A stretch of DNA of 64,000 nucleotides from Macrostomum lignano (Eukaryota). The DNA lies in the NCBI GenBank assembly GCA_002269645.1, contig NIVC01000019.1, positions 930,001-994,000 of the forward strand. The letters run 5' to 3'. The notes under the pieces were generated by a model that worked only from the letters and a program-made list of their open reading frames with translations, ran no database searches and was not told the DNA's origin. Within the stretch, counting starts at the first letter, position 1. The number at the start of each line of letters is the position of its first letter. Shown here piece by piece: positions 63,495-64,000 of this stretch. The translations under genes were made by a program, and so were the position numbers.

Positions 63495-64000
63495 TGAAGG
63501 TCTGAGGAAGGTATTAGAGGCTCACTGAAGGAGATTTGAGGAAGATATTAGATTCTCATTGAAGGAGATCTGAAGGAGGTATTAGAGGCTCATTGAAGGA
63601 GACCTGAGGGGGGTATTAAAGGCTCATTAAAGGAGATCTAAGGGAGATATTAGAGGTTCATTGAAGGAGATCTGAGGGAGATATTAGAGGCCCCCTGAAG
63701 GAGATCTGAGGGGGGTATTAGGGCTCACTGAAGGAGATCTGAGGGGGTATTAGAGGCTCATTGAAGGAGATCTGAGGAAGATATTAGAGGCTCATTAAAG
63801 GAGATCTGAGGGAGATATTAGATTCTCATTGAAGAAGATCTGAAGGAGGTATTAGAGGCTCACTGAAGGAGACCTGAAGGAGGTATTAGAGGCTCACTGA
63901 AGGAGACCTGAAGGAGGTATTAGAGGCTCACTGAAGGAGACCTGAAGGAGGTATTAGAGGCTCACTGAAGGAGATCTGAGGGAGGTATTAGAGACGACAT
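63495..64000. repeat. 33-bp minisatellite running to the window end
   Basis: (CTGAAGGAGATCTGAGGGAGATATTAGAGGCTCA)-like units. Confidence 0.92.

Overview
Eukaryotic (metazoan) genomic DNA with GT-AG introns, GC-rich exons and AT-rich intergenic DNA; no prokaryotic, rRNA or CRISPR features. The style (short introns mixed with introns filled by minisatellites) resembles a free-living flatworm such as Macrostomum, but that is inference only. Gene models assembled by hand from frame-consistent splice sites: alpha-catulin/alpha-catenin-like (-, likely runs off the left edge), clan-2 cytochrome P450 (-, 5 exons), FAIM-like (-, one domain found), a compact plakin (partial plakin domain with SH3 plus plectin repeats, no rod; -, 11 exons), Ubc13/UBE2N (-, 2 exons), phosphatidylserine synthase 2 (+, 7 exons), an orphan coiled-coil gene (+, 3 exons), an IR25a/IR8a-like ionotropic receptor (+, 13 exons) and a tentative orphan gene near 60-62 kb (-). 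Mobile DNA: an internally deleted Tc1 element, three MITEs with target-site duplications, and two tRNA-derived SINE families. The dominant unexplained structure is about 35 different tandem arrays, roughly one private array per large intron. Several have units that are miniature GT...AG introns or repeated splice signals. Most long ORFs in the supplied track are artefacts of these arrays.
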